Shown here: piece after piece, positions 1 to 12,088 of the stretch | Numbering within the stretch: the first letter of the stretch is position 1 | How the letters are laid out: each line of letters begins with the position of its first letter | Assembly (NCBI GenBank): GCA_051362555.1 | Contig: CM120644.1 | Span: forward strand, 22,156,534-22,220,533 | Source of the DNA: Lingula anatina | Taxonomy: Eukaryota > Animalia > Brachiopoda | Direction: 5' to 3' | Length of the DNA: 64,000 bases | Notes under the pieces: model-generated | The model's database searches: none | Told to the model about the DNA's origin: nothing | The model's input: the letters and a program-made list of their open reading frames with translations, nothing else | Position numbers and translations under genes: made by a program

Positions 1-170
1 AAAAAATGACAGAACTAGACTTGAATTTAAATATCATGTGGTTATGAATTACGATTGGCAAGTTTATGATCTTTTGTGTCTGAAGATTGGTTTCATCAAG
101 GTCAAGGCTGTTCATCTCCCAGGAAGCTCATTTAAAATAAAAACATTCCCTACTTGATATTGGCAGAAAT

Positions 171-247
171 ATGGCAGAGAGGCAGTATCACCTTAAATTC
201 GGCGGAAACGCTGCAGCGTCCGTTGACGCTTATTTGGAGTACAAGAG
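171..247 (+). CDS. FAM221A: FAM221A coding exon 1 of 8
   Basis: ATG at 171; MAERQYHLKFGGNAAASVDAYLEYKR resembles the FAM221A N-terminus (GGAAAVDEYLEYRR); GT donor at 248. Full join 171-247, 629-707, 971-1065, 1529-1719, 2179-2388, 3681-3806, 4052-4155, 5694-5819 = 1008 nt, open frame, 335 aa. Confidence 0.88.
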
Positions 248-628
248 GTACGGACGATGGAGTTTAATTGCTGTTAACTTTGAATTTAACTATTGATTGA
301 ATTAAATTCCTACATTCTGTCCATCGTACTGGATTCCCTGGATTCCTACTGGTAGGCATCGAATAAAGCAAGAAGCACGAGAAAGGAAAACGAAATAAAA
401 TTTGAAATGAAATATATACATATATGGAGAGAGGGGGAGTGAGAGAGAAGGAGATAGAGTTTGATAATTAAAGATAATTTGCATTAGAGTTGATTTGGAC
501 TAAAATTTTAAATTTTGGCCGTAATTTTTTATAAAAATGTAAATATGTACAATCACGTTTACCACTTTCCAACACACCTTCAATATTTATTTATTATTAT
601 ACATATCAGCTTAACTTTGACATTTCAG

Positions 629-707
629 GATAGTTGGGGATGATGATGGGGGCAAGTTGTTCACACCTGAAGAATATGAAGAATACAAGAAGAGAGTTCT
701 GCCTCAA
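629..707 (+). CDS. FAM221A: FAM221A coding exon 2
   Basis: tttcag acceptor; IVGDDDGGKLFTPEEYEEYKKRVLPQ, near-identical to vertebrate FAM221A; gtaaat donor at 708. Confidence 0.92.
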
Positions 708-970
708 GTAAATATGTATTTTATAACATATATATATTATATTTAAAACATCAGGATAAATATTATTTAAATTAATTAGTTTGTGCACATAACTTTATGA
801 AAAATTCATGCATTAGCCCTTCTATGTACTTGTTTTCAGTTGCTAATAACAAAAAAGTACTGTACATGTAAAATCCAATGTGATATGTTTATGGAATTTT
901 GATTTATAGATCGATGGGTGCCTATTTGCCCAGGTATAACCTAAATATTAGTTTTTTTTTTTTTCAACAG

Positions 971-1065
971 CGTCTTGAGAACAGAGTCTACACAGCGTGG
1001 ACAGCACCAAGTGGCATGGACTGCAAGCTGATTGGTCCAGAAACACCCTGCTTCTGCACACACAG
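971..1065 (+). CDS. FAM221A: FAM221A coding exon 3
   Basis: Poly-T tract plus caacag acceptor; RLENRVYTAWTAPSGMDCKLIGPETPCFCTHR; GT donor at 1066. Confidence 0.92.
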
Positions 1066-1528
1066 GTAGAATTTACTCTGGCTCAAGATGGTTCAATGAT
1101 CTATAAGGATTATTATTTTGGGGTTTCCATTTTTATCATCATTTTAACAAAGAGCAGACTCTCCAGACCCCCCCCTCCTTTTAACAAGTAGAGGATGTAA
1201 AGCTAAAAACACTGATGAGACTTTCCCAACTTTTGTCATATTTCTGACTTTTTCAGGGTCAATTGGGTCATTCTTGTGAATCGTGTAAATCCCGTGAATT
1301 GTGTAAATGCTACTTTGTCAGTGAGGACTGGTCTCATGCCTGTAAAAAGTTGTTATTTAATTTTCCAAAGCATTCAGAGAGCATTTACTCATCCCCCTGC
1401 GCCCAATTTGAAGACTTGTGAAAATGATGATCAACATGGATGACCCCTTAATTATTTCCTATTGAAGGCACAGAAGACCTTTACAGTACAAACCTAAATA
1501 ATAAGGCATTTCTTTTCTTCGAAACCAG

Positions 1529-1719
1529 GTACAGGCAGCACAAGACAGATTTCCAGACAATTCCTGCTGAGCGTCCTATTCTCCTGCCCTGTAAAGTGAA
1601 GGGCTGCAAGTGCTCGTCATATCACTACGTGCCTCTCAATGGCACTCAGCCCATACGCTGCAGATGTAAACATTTCGCTGATGACCATTCTGAAGTGGGA
1701 GCATATAAGTGTAGAAAAG
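1529..1719 (+). CDS. FAM221A: FAM221A coding exon 4
   Basis: YRQHKTDFQTIP...YVPLNGTQPIRCRCKHFADDHS (FAM221 Cys/His-rich motif); gtgagg donor at 1720. Confidence 0.92.
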
Positions 1720-2178
1720 GTGAGGACTGGTCTTTGAATGCTGGGACTACACACAATATGGGTTGTATAAGAGTTTGGATTATCTTAGAATTTAAATGGG
1801 TTTGCAAGTGACCATAAATGGTAGAGTGCGGATTGTGAATTTTAAAAGTTGAAAATATTTTTTGCTTATTTATTGTTTTTCTGTCAACTTTAGATAGAAA
1901 AAAGGCTACTAATTTATAAATTAGTAAAAAATGCAATAGCGCCTGTTTTATTTTTCTGGAGGATCTGAATGTTTATTTTGAAGTAGTACAAATAGGAATT
2001 ACTAATCATATTATTTCTTCAAATTTTGAGAAATTAATGGAAATATATTAATCAAAGGCACTTTTTACGGAAATTCAAGGCGGAATTAATTGCCCTTAAT
2101 TTAAAGGCTTCTGTCAAAGAAAGCTATCATTCTTACTATTCTTATTTCAATTCATTTATTGCACCATTACTTTTCAAG

Positions 2179-2388
2179 ATGGCTGTAAGTGTCCAGGATT
2201 TAAAAGCTCCTTTACATGTGGCTGTGGGGAGCCCACATATGTCCACCAGATGGTCACTGAGACCAAGGAGGAGAGACTGGCCAGAGGTCACCCCGTGGGG
2301 GAGGACGTACCCTATCAGGCCATGGGGGGCCTCACAGGATTCTCCTCACTCATGGATGGCTACATGAGGCTGGACCCCAGTGGCGCAG
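2179..2388 (+). CDS. FAM221A: FAM221A coding exon 5
   Basis: GCKCPGFKSSFTCGCGEP...ETKEERLARGHPVGEDVPYQAMGGLTGFSSLMDGYMRLDPSG; gtgagg donor at 2389. Confidence 0.93.
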
Positions 2389-2419
2389 GTGAGGTTGGAG
2401 AGTATTTGAAGACATGCAG

Positions 2420-2587
2420 CAGGCCCGTAGCCAGCAATTTCAAAAGGGGGGTTCTTTTTCTGAAAAAGTGGACCTTTTTCCATAAAAACTTCATGTACCT
2501 AGATCAAATTTTACCCAGAGTGTACCTTTTCCCAGCAAAAGGGGCAGTTCTTTCGAACCCCCCGAACCCCCCCTGGCTACGGGCCTG
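2420..2587. mobile_element. MITE with 15-bp TIRs (CAGGCCCGTAGCCAG), copy 1, in a FAM221A intron
   Basis: Terminal inverted repeats caggcccgtagccag / ctggctacgggcctg; a second copy in opposite orientation lies at 11081-11253. Confidence 0.8.
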
Positions 2588-2750
2588 TGACAACAGTGTG
2601 TGTATGGGAACTGTATAACAGCTGAGAAATGACTTTGTTTGGAAATATCTGCCATTTTCCCTTCATCAATGTCACAATTCAAAACTATTGAGGATATTTT
2701 GAACTGATAGCTTTTTAGCACTTAATTTCATCTTTACAGGAGTTGCTTAA

Positions 2751-3389
2751 AGTCATAATAACTCTTCGTTTTGGCCAAAAATTGGATTTTCCTGGCGTAA
2801 ACGGCAATTTTCCCATACTTACCAATGGTCAACAACCCCATTCCTGCATTCAAAGTTAGTACAGGGTTTTTTTCCTAAACGCCTGGTTTTTTGTTAAAAT
2901 CTCTTAAGTGCTCTTAAGAGATTTTAACTGACGGAGCTCTCTCTGACATTGCAAAGTCACTGGTGACCTACTTAAAACCGCGGGAAAAGCAGACAACAAC
3001 AACACTATATAAGATTCATGAGATATATTCGTCTTTTTGTTAAAAATGCATTTATATCCACAATGTGTGCCATTCTGGGCTTTTCGTTATCCGACTCACT
3101 GTACAAAAACTCGCAACTTACGTCTGCGTCTGCATTAATGCGTTTGGCGCCATGTTATTTTGGTCTTGAATGAACGCAAGAATCCGCGTGACACCATTAC
3201 GTCATTCGCAACGAATGCCTTGACGACCGGGAAGAAAGGCATCGAAAGCCCTATTGACAAGCACAGATTTTAGTTTTACTACAATAACGGCCGTTTTAGT
3301 GGTAAAATACAATAGAATATATTTCCATGCGTTGTTTACAATGTATTTCATGCGGAATTTTGAATCTCAAAGGAAGAGTTATTATTGCT
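2751..3389. mobile_element. Non-autonomous DNA transposon with TTAA TSD (Kolobok-like)
   Basis: ttaa|agtcataataactctt ... aagagttattattgct|ttaa; an internally deleted sibling lies at 10704-10935. Confidence 0.75.
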
Positions 3390-3680
3390 TTAATAATGAG
3401 AAAACTTAGAACCCAACTCTCTGAATAGATCATAAATTTTGTGAACAGTTTTGGAAATGTTATACTTAGGTAATAAATGGAAAAATACTAAAATTTCCAG
3501 GAAATATTGTTTGTATTCAGACAGAATTCCCATCTATTTATTCCAATTTAGCAATATGTGGTATTTTTGATTGGCACTCATGTCCTCAGAGTAACATTTT
3601 TTAACCAACCAGATTTTGCTTTACATACAATTGCCCCTCCCACCTTCATCCGACCTATCATATTTTCTATTACATTTCAG

Positions 3681-3806
3681 GTGCCCCTCCCATTGAGTTC
3701 TTGGACCAGCCCATCACATCAGCTGACCACCCATTCCTGAAGGCCAATGTCCAGTCCATAAAGGCACATCAGCTGGCCAGGGGGTCCGTAAGGAAAGCGA
3801 TACAAG
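3681..3806 (+). CDS. FAM221A: FAM221A coding exon 6
   Basis: tttcag acceptor; APPIEFLDQPITSADHPFLKA. The phase-1 donor gtcaga at 3807 was chosen to keep frame, so the 3' boundary is less certain. Confidence 0.8.
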
Positions 3807-4051
3807 GTCAGAAACCACAACTGTTAATACCATGATGTTAAGGCATTTTTTTCTTATTAATTAGTTATTTATTTCTGTCCTAAGAGTGCTTTGGTAGAGT
3901 GTGATGATTTCCTTTTTTAAAGCTGAACAATACATAATATAATTATAGCTACGTCTAAAATGTTAGTGTAAATGTTATTCCAAGTTAACCACTAATGATT
4001 TTCTGCTTTGAATTTTAACATTATTGACCTTGAAATTTGTCTCTCCACCAG

Positions 4052-4155
4052 GTGGCAGTGCTGAAGTTGACCATGACCTTGCTGAGAGGATGTCTGCCAT
4101 GCGCAGGCCTGGGGAGTCGGATATGGACTATTTTGAGAGGAGATATCAAGAGAGG
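4052..4155 (+). CDS. FAM221A: FAM221A coding exon 7
   Basis: SAMRRPGESDMDYFERRYQER matches FAM221A RRPEEDDMAFFERRYQER; gtaagg donor at 4156. Confidence 0.9.
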
Positions 4156-4545
4156 GTAAGGCCTATGCTATTACCTCCTGCCCCACTTTTTAATGCCAAG
4201 CATTAAGTTAATGGGGCAATTTTAATGAAATATGGGCAGAACTAATGCAGCCCAAATTGGCCAACAATTTATTCAAATTCACCCCTTCATCGATAACATT
4301 GCAGCGGCCAATAAGCCATCTCCATTTTTTTAAATAAAATTTAATACTGTGGTTGTCCAAATGAATTTCTGTTGAAGCAAAAGAGTTAAAATGCATGCAT
4401 GAATATAAGGCTCTGACACCATGAATGAATAATGCCTTTGAAAAATATTTTGGCCTGTAATCTCTAGATTTCAGCAGATCCGTTAGTTTGTTATATCTTT
4501 ACACTTTGCCAGTACTTGTGTTTGGTTGTTCCAGGCATTGCTCTA

Positions 4546-5494
4546 CACCTAACACACTGTCACAATATTTGCCTGGTGAGCTCTGTCACAAATAACACAA
4601 TATTTGCCTGGTGAGCTCTGTCACAACTAACACACTGACACAATATTTGCCTGGTGAGCTCTGTCACACCTAACACACTGACACAATATTTGCCTGGTGA
4701 GCTGTGTCACAACTAACACACTGACACAATATTTGCCTGGTGAGCTGTGTCACAACTAACACACTGTCACAATATTTGCCTGGTGAGCTCTGTCACACCT
4801 AACACACTGACACAATATTTGCCTGGTGAGCTGTGTCACAACTAACACACTGTCACAATATTTGCCTGGAGAGCTGTGTCACACCTAACACACTGACACA
4901 ATATTTGCCTGGAGAGCTGTGTCACACCTAACACACTGACACAATATTTGCCTGGTGAGCTGTGTCACACTTAACACACTGACACAATATTTGCCTGGTG
5001 AGCTGTGTCACACCTAACACACTGACACAATATTTGCCTGGTGAGCTGTGTCACAACTAACACACTGTCACAATATTTGCCTGGAGAGCCGTGTCACACC
5101 TAACACACTGACACAATATTTGCCTGGTGAGCTGTGTCACAACTAACACACTGTCACAATATTTGCCTTGAGAGCTGTGTCACACCTAACACACTGACAC
5201 AATATTTGCCTGGAGAGCTGTGTCACACCTAACACACTGACACAATATTTGTCTGGTGAGCTGTGTCACACCTAACACACTGACACAATATTTGCCTGGA
5301 GAGCTGTGTCACACCTAACACACTGACACAATATTTGCCTGGTGAGCTGTGTCACAACTAACACACTGTCACAATATTTGCCTGGAGAGCCGTGTCACAC
5401 CTAACACACTGACACAATATTTGCCTGGTGAGCTGTGTCACAACTAACACACTGACACAATATTTGCCTGGTGAGCTGTGTCACAACTAACACA
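4546..5494. repeat. 43-bp minisatellite, ~22 copies, FAM221A intron 7
   Basis: Unit cacctaacacactgacacaatatttgcctggtgagctgtgtca repeated head-to-tail with few variant positions. Confidence 0.95.
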
Positions 5495-5693
5495 ATCATA
5501 CAGCAAGCACTGTAATCACATATACTCCTAATAATCTGTCTAATCCAGACATGCCTTGAAGTTGAAGATTTTCAAAATTGCTCTGTTTCATGTTTAAAGC
5601 TGGAAAAGAGATGTGAGGGCACTGTTAATTCATAACAAAAAGATTACAAATTCTTAAAACTTTTGGTTGACATGTTTCTCTCTTTCTCAACAG

Positions 5694-5819
5694 CAAAAAG
5701 CAGAACGCATGAAGTCCCGAGGTGCAATAGCGGCGCCTGGCAGCTCAAAGCTACAGACTGGTGTACGGAAAACCGCAACAGGGTCCAGCAAAGGAAGAGC
5801 AGCATCAGGAGGGAAGTGA
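5694..5819 (+). CDS. FAM221A: FAM221A terminal coding exon 8
   Basis: Pyrimidine tract plus caacag acceptor; QKAERMKSRG...GGK then TGA at 5817-5819; AATAAA at 6126 and 6214 downstream. Confidence 0.8.
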   Translation, partial: QKAERMKSRGAIAAPGSSKLQTGVRKTATGSSKGRAASGGK

Positions 5820-6862
5820 GCTCTTTGCAGCTACAGCCATAAATATGTCGTCCACGACTTGAAAGAGAAAAGATCTGTTCATATTTCAGTTCCTCCAGTA
5901 CTTAGTGTGATAATTGGTCTAAGTCTATTAAGACATGAAAAACTGGCTTGATTACTAATGAGCGAGAGTAACCATGGCAGAGGGAAAACATTTACAGTGA
6001 TAATTAGATGTTAAAAAGTACTATATATTTGTAAAAGATGGCCATTAATCGTGACGTAGTCTCTGAAAGCAGTCTACATTTATCCCATTCCGTCCAGTCC
6101 ATATCTGTGATTTAGTTCCACATTGAATAAACTGTGGAGAATTTTTTTAATGAATTTTTTCTTTTTTGAAACATTCTGTCTGTGGAGTCGGTTATGCATT
6201 TTTTGTTTGCTGTAATAAACTTGCTCAATTTGTGTTGTGTAACATTTCTATTTGTATCCACTTTGTTAGGTTTGTACCGGAAGTTGCTGATACAGGATAT
6301 AAATTGCTCCTTGAAAGATGATTTGTCTGAGTGAATTTATTATTTATCGGAGTGAATTTACAATATATTTCATTTTATGCTTCACCTCTGTAAGAATCTT
6401 TAACTCAGGTCCATGTAACTGAGCCTGAAGAATTTTAAAGGAGTTGTAATACAAAACTAATTGTGTGAATAGCAGAGACATTTTAATGATTAAAATCAAA
6501 ATCTCCACTGCATTAAATTCAGATAAAAACAAGGTGCATACTGCGTAAATGCTACAAAGTGTTGAAATTCCCAGAAAATCCAATTTTCACTGTTTTACAA
6601 ATTCATATATATCTACAGCTCGCCTTGGTAGATTACTTTGGAGATACATACAATGTGATAATTGTAGTAACAGGCCTCTGACCTAAAATACATAACAATC
6701 TGCACTTATACAGAAGACGTTCAATCGAGGTTTTGTGGGTACATAAAGAAATCAATTATGAACGTAAAATACAATTATTTCATTTATGGGCAAGTTTAAT
6801 AGTCCTAGGATCCAAGGTACCATCTGTGTCCGCCAAGGGATGACGCCTTGTTCTATACTTTA

Positions 6863-7051
6863 GGACCGTTCACACGAAAAATCTTTTTTTTCTAAAAATC
6901 TAAAAATCTATTTGCAGTATATTGTGATCACGGTCTGTGCCCTGAATACCCCACGCCGTATTTACTGGCAGCGCGAGCCAGTTGCTTCCAAAGCTGTAAT
7001 TAATACTCGGCGCTGCCAGTAATTACACCGCGGGGTATCCAGGGTACCGTG

Positions 7052-7092
<41 letters not shown>

Positions 7093-8657
7093 TTATTTTT
7101 CTATGGCGCATTCCATTAAAAATCTCAATGCGCCTTACAACATTCACTTAAAAGAGCTAAATAACACAATACTAATATAAGAACACATTACAATTTTAAA
7201 GGACTAAGAACTAATTTAAAGAACCAATTATTCATATTCTAAAATGATAAGAACCTAAAGTGACAACATTTAAAATTAATCATAAAATTACAGTACACCT
7301 TATTAAAAACTAAAATGAACTATATGATATTTACTGATAGGCTATTCTAAAAATATGAGTTTTCAAAAGCTTTTTAAAAGTATCTATGTCACCTGCTGCT
7401 CGTATTTCAGAGGGTAAGGTGTTCCAAACTTTGGGTGCATATATCATAAATGCCCTTTCACCGTAAAATTTACCAGCTTTTTTCTCTAAGACACTGTGTT
7501 CTAAAAGTAAATGGCTAAAAGTTGAAGACCTGGTAACTCTTCCATGCTGATGTTGCTTCATAAGTTCTGAGATATAAAGTGGTTTATTCTCAGTGACTGC
7601 TTTAAAAATGACACATAAAATTTTAAATAAAATTCTCTCTCTTACTGGAAGCCAGTGAAGTTCCATCAAAACAGGTGTAATATGCTCTCGGCTGTTCCAT
7701 CCCATTTTAGTTACCAGCCTAGCTGCAGAATTTTGAATTAATTGAAGTTTGTTCAGATGATTTTTGCCTAAACCATATAAGAGACTGTTGCAATAATCAA
7801 GCTTAGAAGTAATGAAAGCATGGACTAGTTTTTCAGTTGAAGTTTTGTCCAGTAAGTCACGTATCTTACTAATTCGCCAAAGTGAGTATGATGCCGATTT
7901 GCAAATTTCAGAGATCCGTCTATCCATAGTTGCATACTGATCAAAGGTGACACCTAAATCTTTCACATAGCTAGATGGATTGATGTTGACACCACCGATA
8001 CAAATATCAGATTTCATTGCATTTCCCCTGTCTGGCTTAGACCTTGATGTAAACCATATTAGTTCAGTTTTTCCATCATTTAGTGCTAGCATGTTTGTTT
8101 TCATCCAATTTCGGATCTCAACTAGACAAGTTTCTATTGAGGTGATAGCCATGGAGCGATTACTTTCACTTGTGACATAAATTTGAGTGTCATCAGCAAA
8201 AATGACAGTGTTGAGACCATGTTTAACTATAATGTCTTCTACTGGTAGCATATACAATGAAAAGAGCAATGGACCTAGCACAGACCCCTGAGGGACACCA
8301 TACTCTAAAATAGTGGGCTCTGATAGCAACGACTCAATTGACACCTTTTGTGTTCGATCTTTTAGATATGAGGTTAACCAATTAAGTGCTAAATCTTTTA
8401 CTCCAAATCGGTACTGTAGTCTGTGCAGAAGTATGTTGTGGTCAATGGTGTCGAATGCAGCAGACAGATCTAAAAGGACTAAAATAACATCTTTTTGTTT
8501 GTCTAAAGAAAGCATGATGTCATTATGAACCCTTAGGAGAGCTGTTACTGTGCTATGTCCTTCTCTATAAGCTGATTGAAACTTGCCATATAGACTATAG
8601 ATCACAAGATACCGAAAATAGATTTTTAGAAAATAGATTTTCCATGTGAACGCAGCC
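6863..8657. mobile_element. Palindromic Tourist/PIF-Harbinger-like MITE (TTA TSD) split by a LINE insertion
   Basis: tta|ggaccgttcacac ... gtgaacgcagcc|tta; the two halves match the intact MITE at 25118-25376. Confidence 0.75.
7054..8599 (-). mobile_element. 5'-truncated non-LTR retrotransposon (L2/Crack-like, CR1 group); RT C-terminal ORF 7331-~8590
   Basis: RT motifs QSAYR..HST.TAL, LLDLSAAFDTIDH, GVPQGSVLGPLLF, FADD, QNSAARLV, LHWLPV; (TTA)n 3' tail on the minus strand at 7053-7091. Confidence 0.92.
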
Positions 8658-9245
8658 TTAATCTGTGACCTGTGATGACTTTAAAGCATTCTCTGTCCTC
8701 CAAGGGATGATGCCTTGTTCAATACTTAATCTGTGACCTGTAATGACTTTAAGGTACTTTGTTGGAGGCAACGTTCGCGTCCGTTAGCAAGTTAGCACAT
8801 TTTTACATTTAAGTCATCTCATTGGCGTGTTGACTTTACTTTACATCTGAATCATACGATGTCGCTTACAAACAATGTGACAAATATTAAATGCGCATAA
8901 GTTCAATTCGGATTTTCTTTCGGATACTTCGTTTTTCTTCAATAAAATATATCTGCACGTCCACGCTACTGGCTAACAGCAGGGGGTGATCATCTTTGAA
9001 AGTCTGTCAAAATATTCCTATGCTTTGGATTACAATCGGGGGGGGGGGGGGGGGGGGGGGTGTTCATGTGAAAGGGGGTGGATTTGCGTTATTATAACAG
9101 ACAATTTTATGTTTCCAAACATTGCTGTGTATTTTAAACTTTTTTAATTCTTAGCCGAAAATAACACTAAAACAGCGCTTAAATGTGGGACATAGACATA
9201 TACCAACCCGTTTTGAGCTGTATATTATGGAAAAGAAAATTATTG

Positions 9246-9284
<39 letters not shown>

Positions 9285-10703
9285 TTTTGCCACAGGGATC
9301 ATCTAGGGCAAACACACTACATAAAAACAAAAACTGCAGATCTTTGTCGCAAATTTTGATGGGGGACGAAAACGGGTTGTTGTGCGTTACTATCTTGTCC
9401 GTTTTCAGCTTCAGTACAAAGTATTATCTCCCATACACGTGTACGTGAATTATACATATTGTTCAATTTCAGAGTTTAAATATCGGAAATACAGTCTGCT
9501 TTTCATTAAACAGAGTGTAAGGAAATCCTGTCATCTGAGTTTGTAATCACAGATGTTATGACCCAATCCTGTTTCTTGTCCTCCAGACTCGCACGAAAAC
9601 GAAACCACAGCTAGTGCGTAGTTTCGTTTCCCCATTCAGATCCGGCCCTTGGCGTAAAAAGTGGATATTTTCACTGATGACATTATGACCCGGTCAAATG
9701 AATGTTAAATAAGACTAATTAAATTAGCTATACCTGGCCCTTACTTTTTGGCGTGTAACTCATGAAAACCGACTTCATGTCATCGCTGTTTAACCGCGCG
9801 CGTCGATTCAGGATCGCAGCGAGCTTTCCCAACTGTGTGAAGTTAATTGTACTCTTCCCTGATAATCTTTTTATGTGTACATTGTTATATTTTCCAAACT
9901 TTATGAATATGGAGCAAAATACGATGATACTAGTATGTATATTATACAAATACGATTATATGTATATTAGCGTGCTTTCCCAACTCTTTGAAGTTAAATG
10001 TACAGTTTCCTGATAATCTTTGAATGTGTTTAATGTTACATTTTCCAAAATTTATGAACATAAAGCACAATACAAAGAAGACTGTCTGAAAATGTCTCTA
10101 GATCTGCCCCTGAATTTTGCACTTAAAGTTGTTTCAAGGTTAATTTAGGAATACATCTTGTTTAAAGAAATTGATCCCTCCCCCTTCACACGATCTTAGC
10201 TTTCCAACCGCGTCAGCCATTTATGAGCACACGACGTTAACGTTACAGGTTGACACGAGAGAAAAGTTCACAGCACGTTCGTTGGGGTTGACTTTTCTAA
10301 AACTCACATAGTTGAACACCCATACGCACCCAAACACATAAAAAATCTGAAATCATTAATGGCCTTCTACCTTATAATTATCTGCGCGGCTGAAATACAT
10401 CCTCTGTATGTTATCCCAGCTAATGGTGCAGTACTCAGGCGACAACCTCTCACTGCGACGCCAGAGCATTCACCTTCCAAGTCACAGAAGAAATGACATC
10501 ACCAGCTTTTATTAATTCTTAATATGCAACCATAGCAAGCATATTTGTTATTCAAAGCGCATGCGGTAATCATCTACCTGTACATGTAGAAGCTTAATGA
10601 AAGAAAGGGAAGATTCCTCTGATGGAATGAAAGAGTCGAAAGGGGATAATTAACACTTTATACGCACCTGCTTTAATTGAGGTTCCCACTAAAAAAGTGT
10701 TAA

Positions 10704-10935
10704 AGTCATAATAACTCTTCGTTTTGGCCAAAAATTGGATTTTCCTGGAGTAAACGGCAATTTTCCCGTACTTACCAATGGTCAGCGACGCCATTCCTGC
10801 ATTCAAAGTTAATCCAGGGTTTTTTCCTAAACGTTTGGTTTTTTGTGGTAAAATGCAATAGAATATATTTCCATGCGTTGTTTACAATGTATTTCTTGCG
10901 GAATTTTGAATCTCAAATTAAGAGTTATTATTGCT
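10704..10935. mobile_element. Internally deleted copy of the TTAA-TSD element at 2751-3389
   Basis: Same TIRs and TTAA flanks; about 400 bp of internal sequence is missing. Confidence 0.75.
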
Positions 10936-11080
10936 TTAACTTCTTACCTGCATCATGCCATGACGTACGTATTACGACGGCGTCGCCCGTAGTTGTCACA
11001 CATCGAACTGCTATCAACGCCATCGTACAGATCTACATATGACTTAGGCCCTACGTGAGCACACTTTCTATATACTGAAC

Positions 11081-11253
11081 CAGGCCCGTAGCCAGAAGGG
11101 GTACGGGGCGTTCGAAAGAACCGCCCCTTTTGCTGGGAAAAGGTCCACTGTGGGTAAAATTTGATCTAGGTACATGAAGTTTTTTATGGGAAAAGGTCCA
11201 CTTTTTCAGAAAAAGAACCCGAACCCCTTTTGAAATTGCTGGCTACGGGCCTG
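11081..11253. mobile_element. MITE (CAGGCCCGTAGCCAG TIRs), copy 2, inverted relative to 2420-2587
   Basis: Reverse-complement match to 2420-2587. Confidence 0.8.
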
Positions 11254-12088
11254 TGAAGTATCAGCACGGTTAACTTAAATTTTATAGATCCAGTATTTAC
11301 CTGACTTAAAAATATTAAATGGTTATTTAGCACTTAGGGTCTACTTTGAGACATTCTCTCCGCGTTTGAGGCGTCTCAAAGTCACATATACTGTATATAT
11401 TCTCTTTACCTACATATATATCCTGCGCTACTTTTCATGGTTGTGAAATTCCCTTTTGGGCCTGCCAGGGACCCCAAAACGTTTGTAATGTACTATTTGG
11501 GACTACTTACGTAACAGTACAGGTATGATTTTATTTTTGAATTTCATTGTCTTTGACGTTGCTTTTTCAGCCAGTTGAACTGGATATGATGGTGATAAAG
11601 TGACCCCTTATTTCATTAAGGACCGGAATACTGAGTGACCTTTAATTTGATAAGAAACAAGTGTAAAATTATGTTATATTGGACTGAGCTCGGAAGATCT
11701 GTAGGCTACGTGCTAAAACTCTTTGAGACCCGACGATTGTATTATATATGCTCTATGTCACGAGTAAATGTCAGGTTATAGTTGAAAAATTAATTTGAAT
11801 AAGATTTGAATAAGCTCTCTTCACAGGTTTACTTTCGCATAGACACCGAGCCGTGAACTAGCTTCTAATAGTATCGTGATCAACCAGAGAATCCTGGTAT
11901 TAGGCACAGTTTTGTTTAACTGATCAGGGTGATACCTGAAAACGCGAGATATAATACGTTTTAGAAGACATTTTCTTTTATTTCAAGCAAAAAAAGATGT
12001 GGCGCGAAAATCATGTAAAGAATACATTTCATTGAATTAATCATCGACAGATTATTCAAACATGACTACACTTGTAAGTTAAATACTA

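Noticed and set aside
4546-5494. CRISPR-like array (regular palindromic repeats)
   Set aside because: Units are head-to-tail with no unique spacers, there are no cas genes, and the context is a eukaryotic intron. The same applies to 17008-17808, 47404-48677 and 52740-53144.
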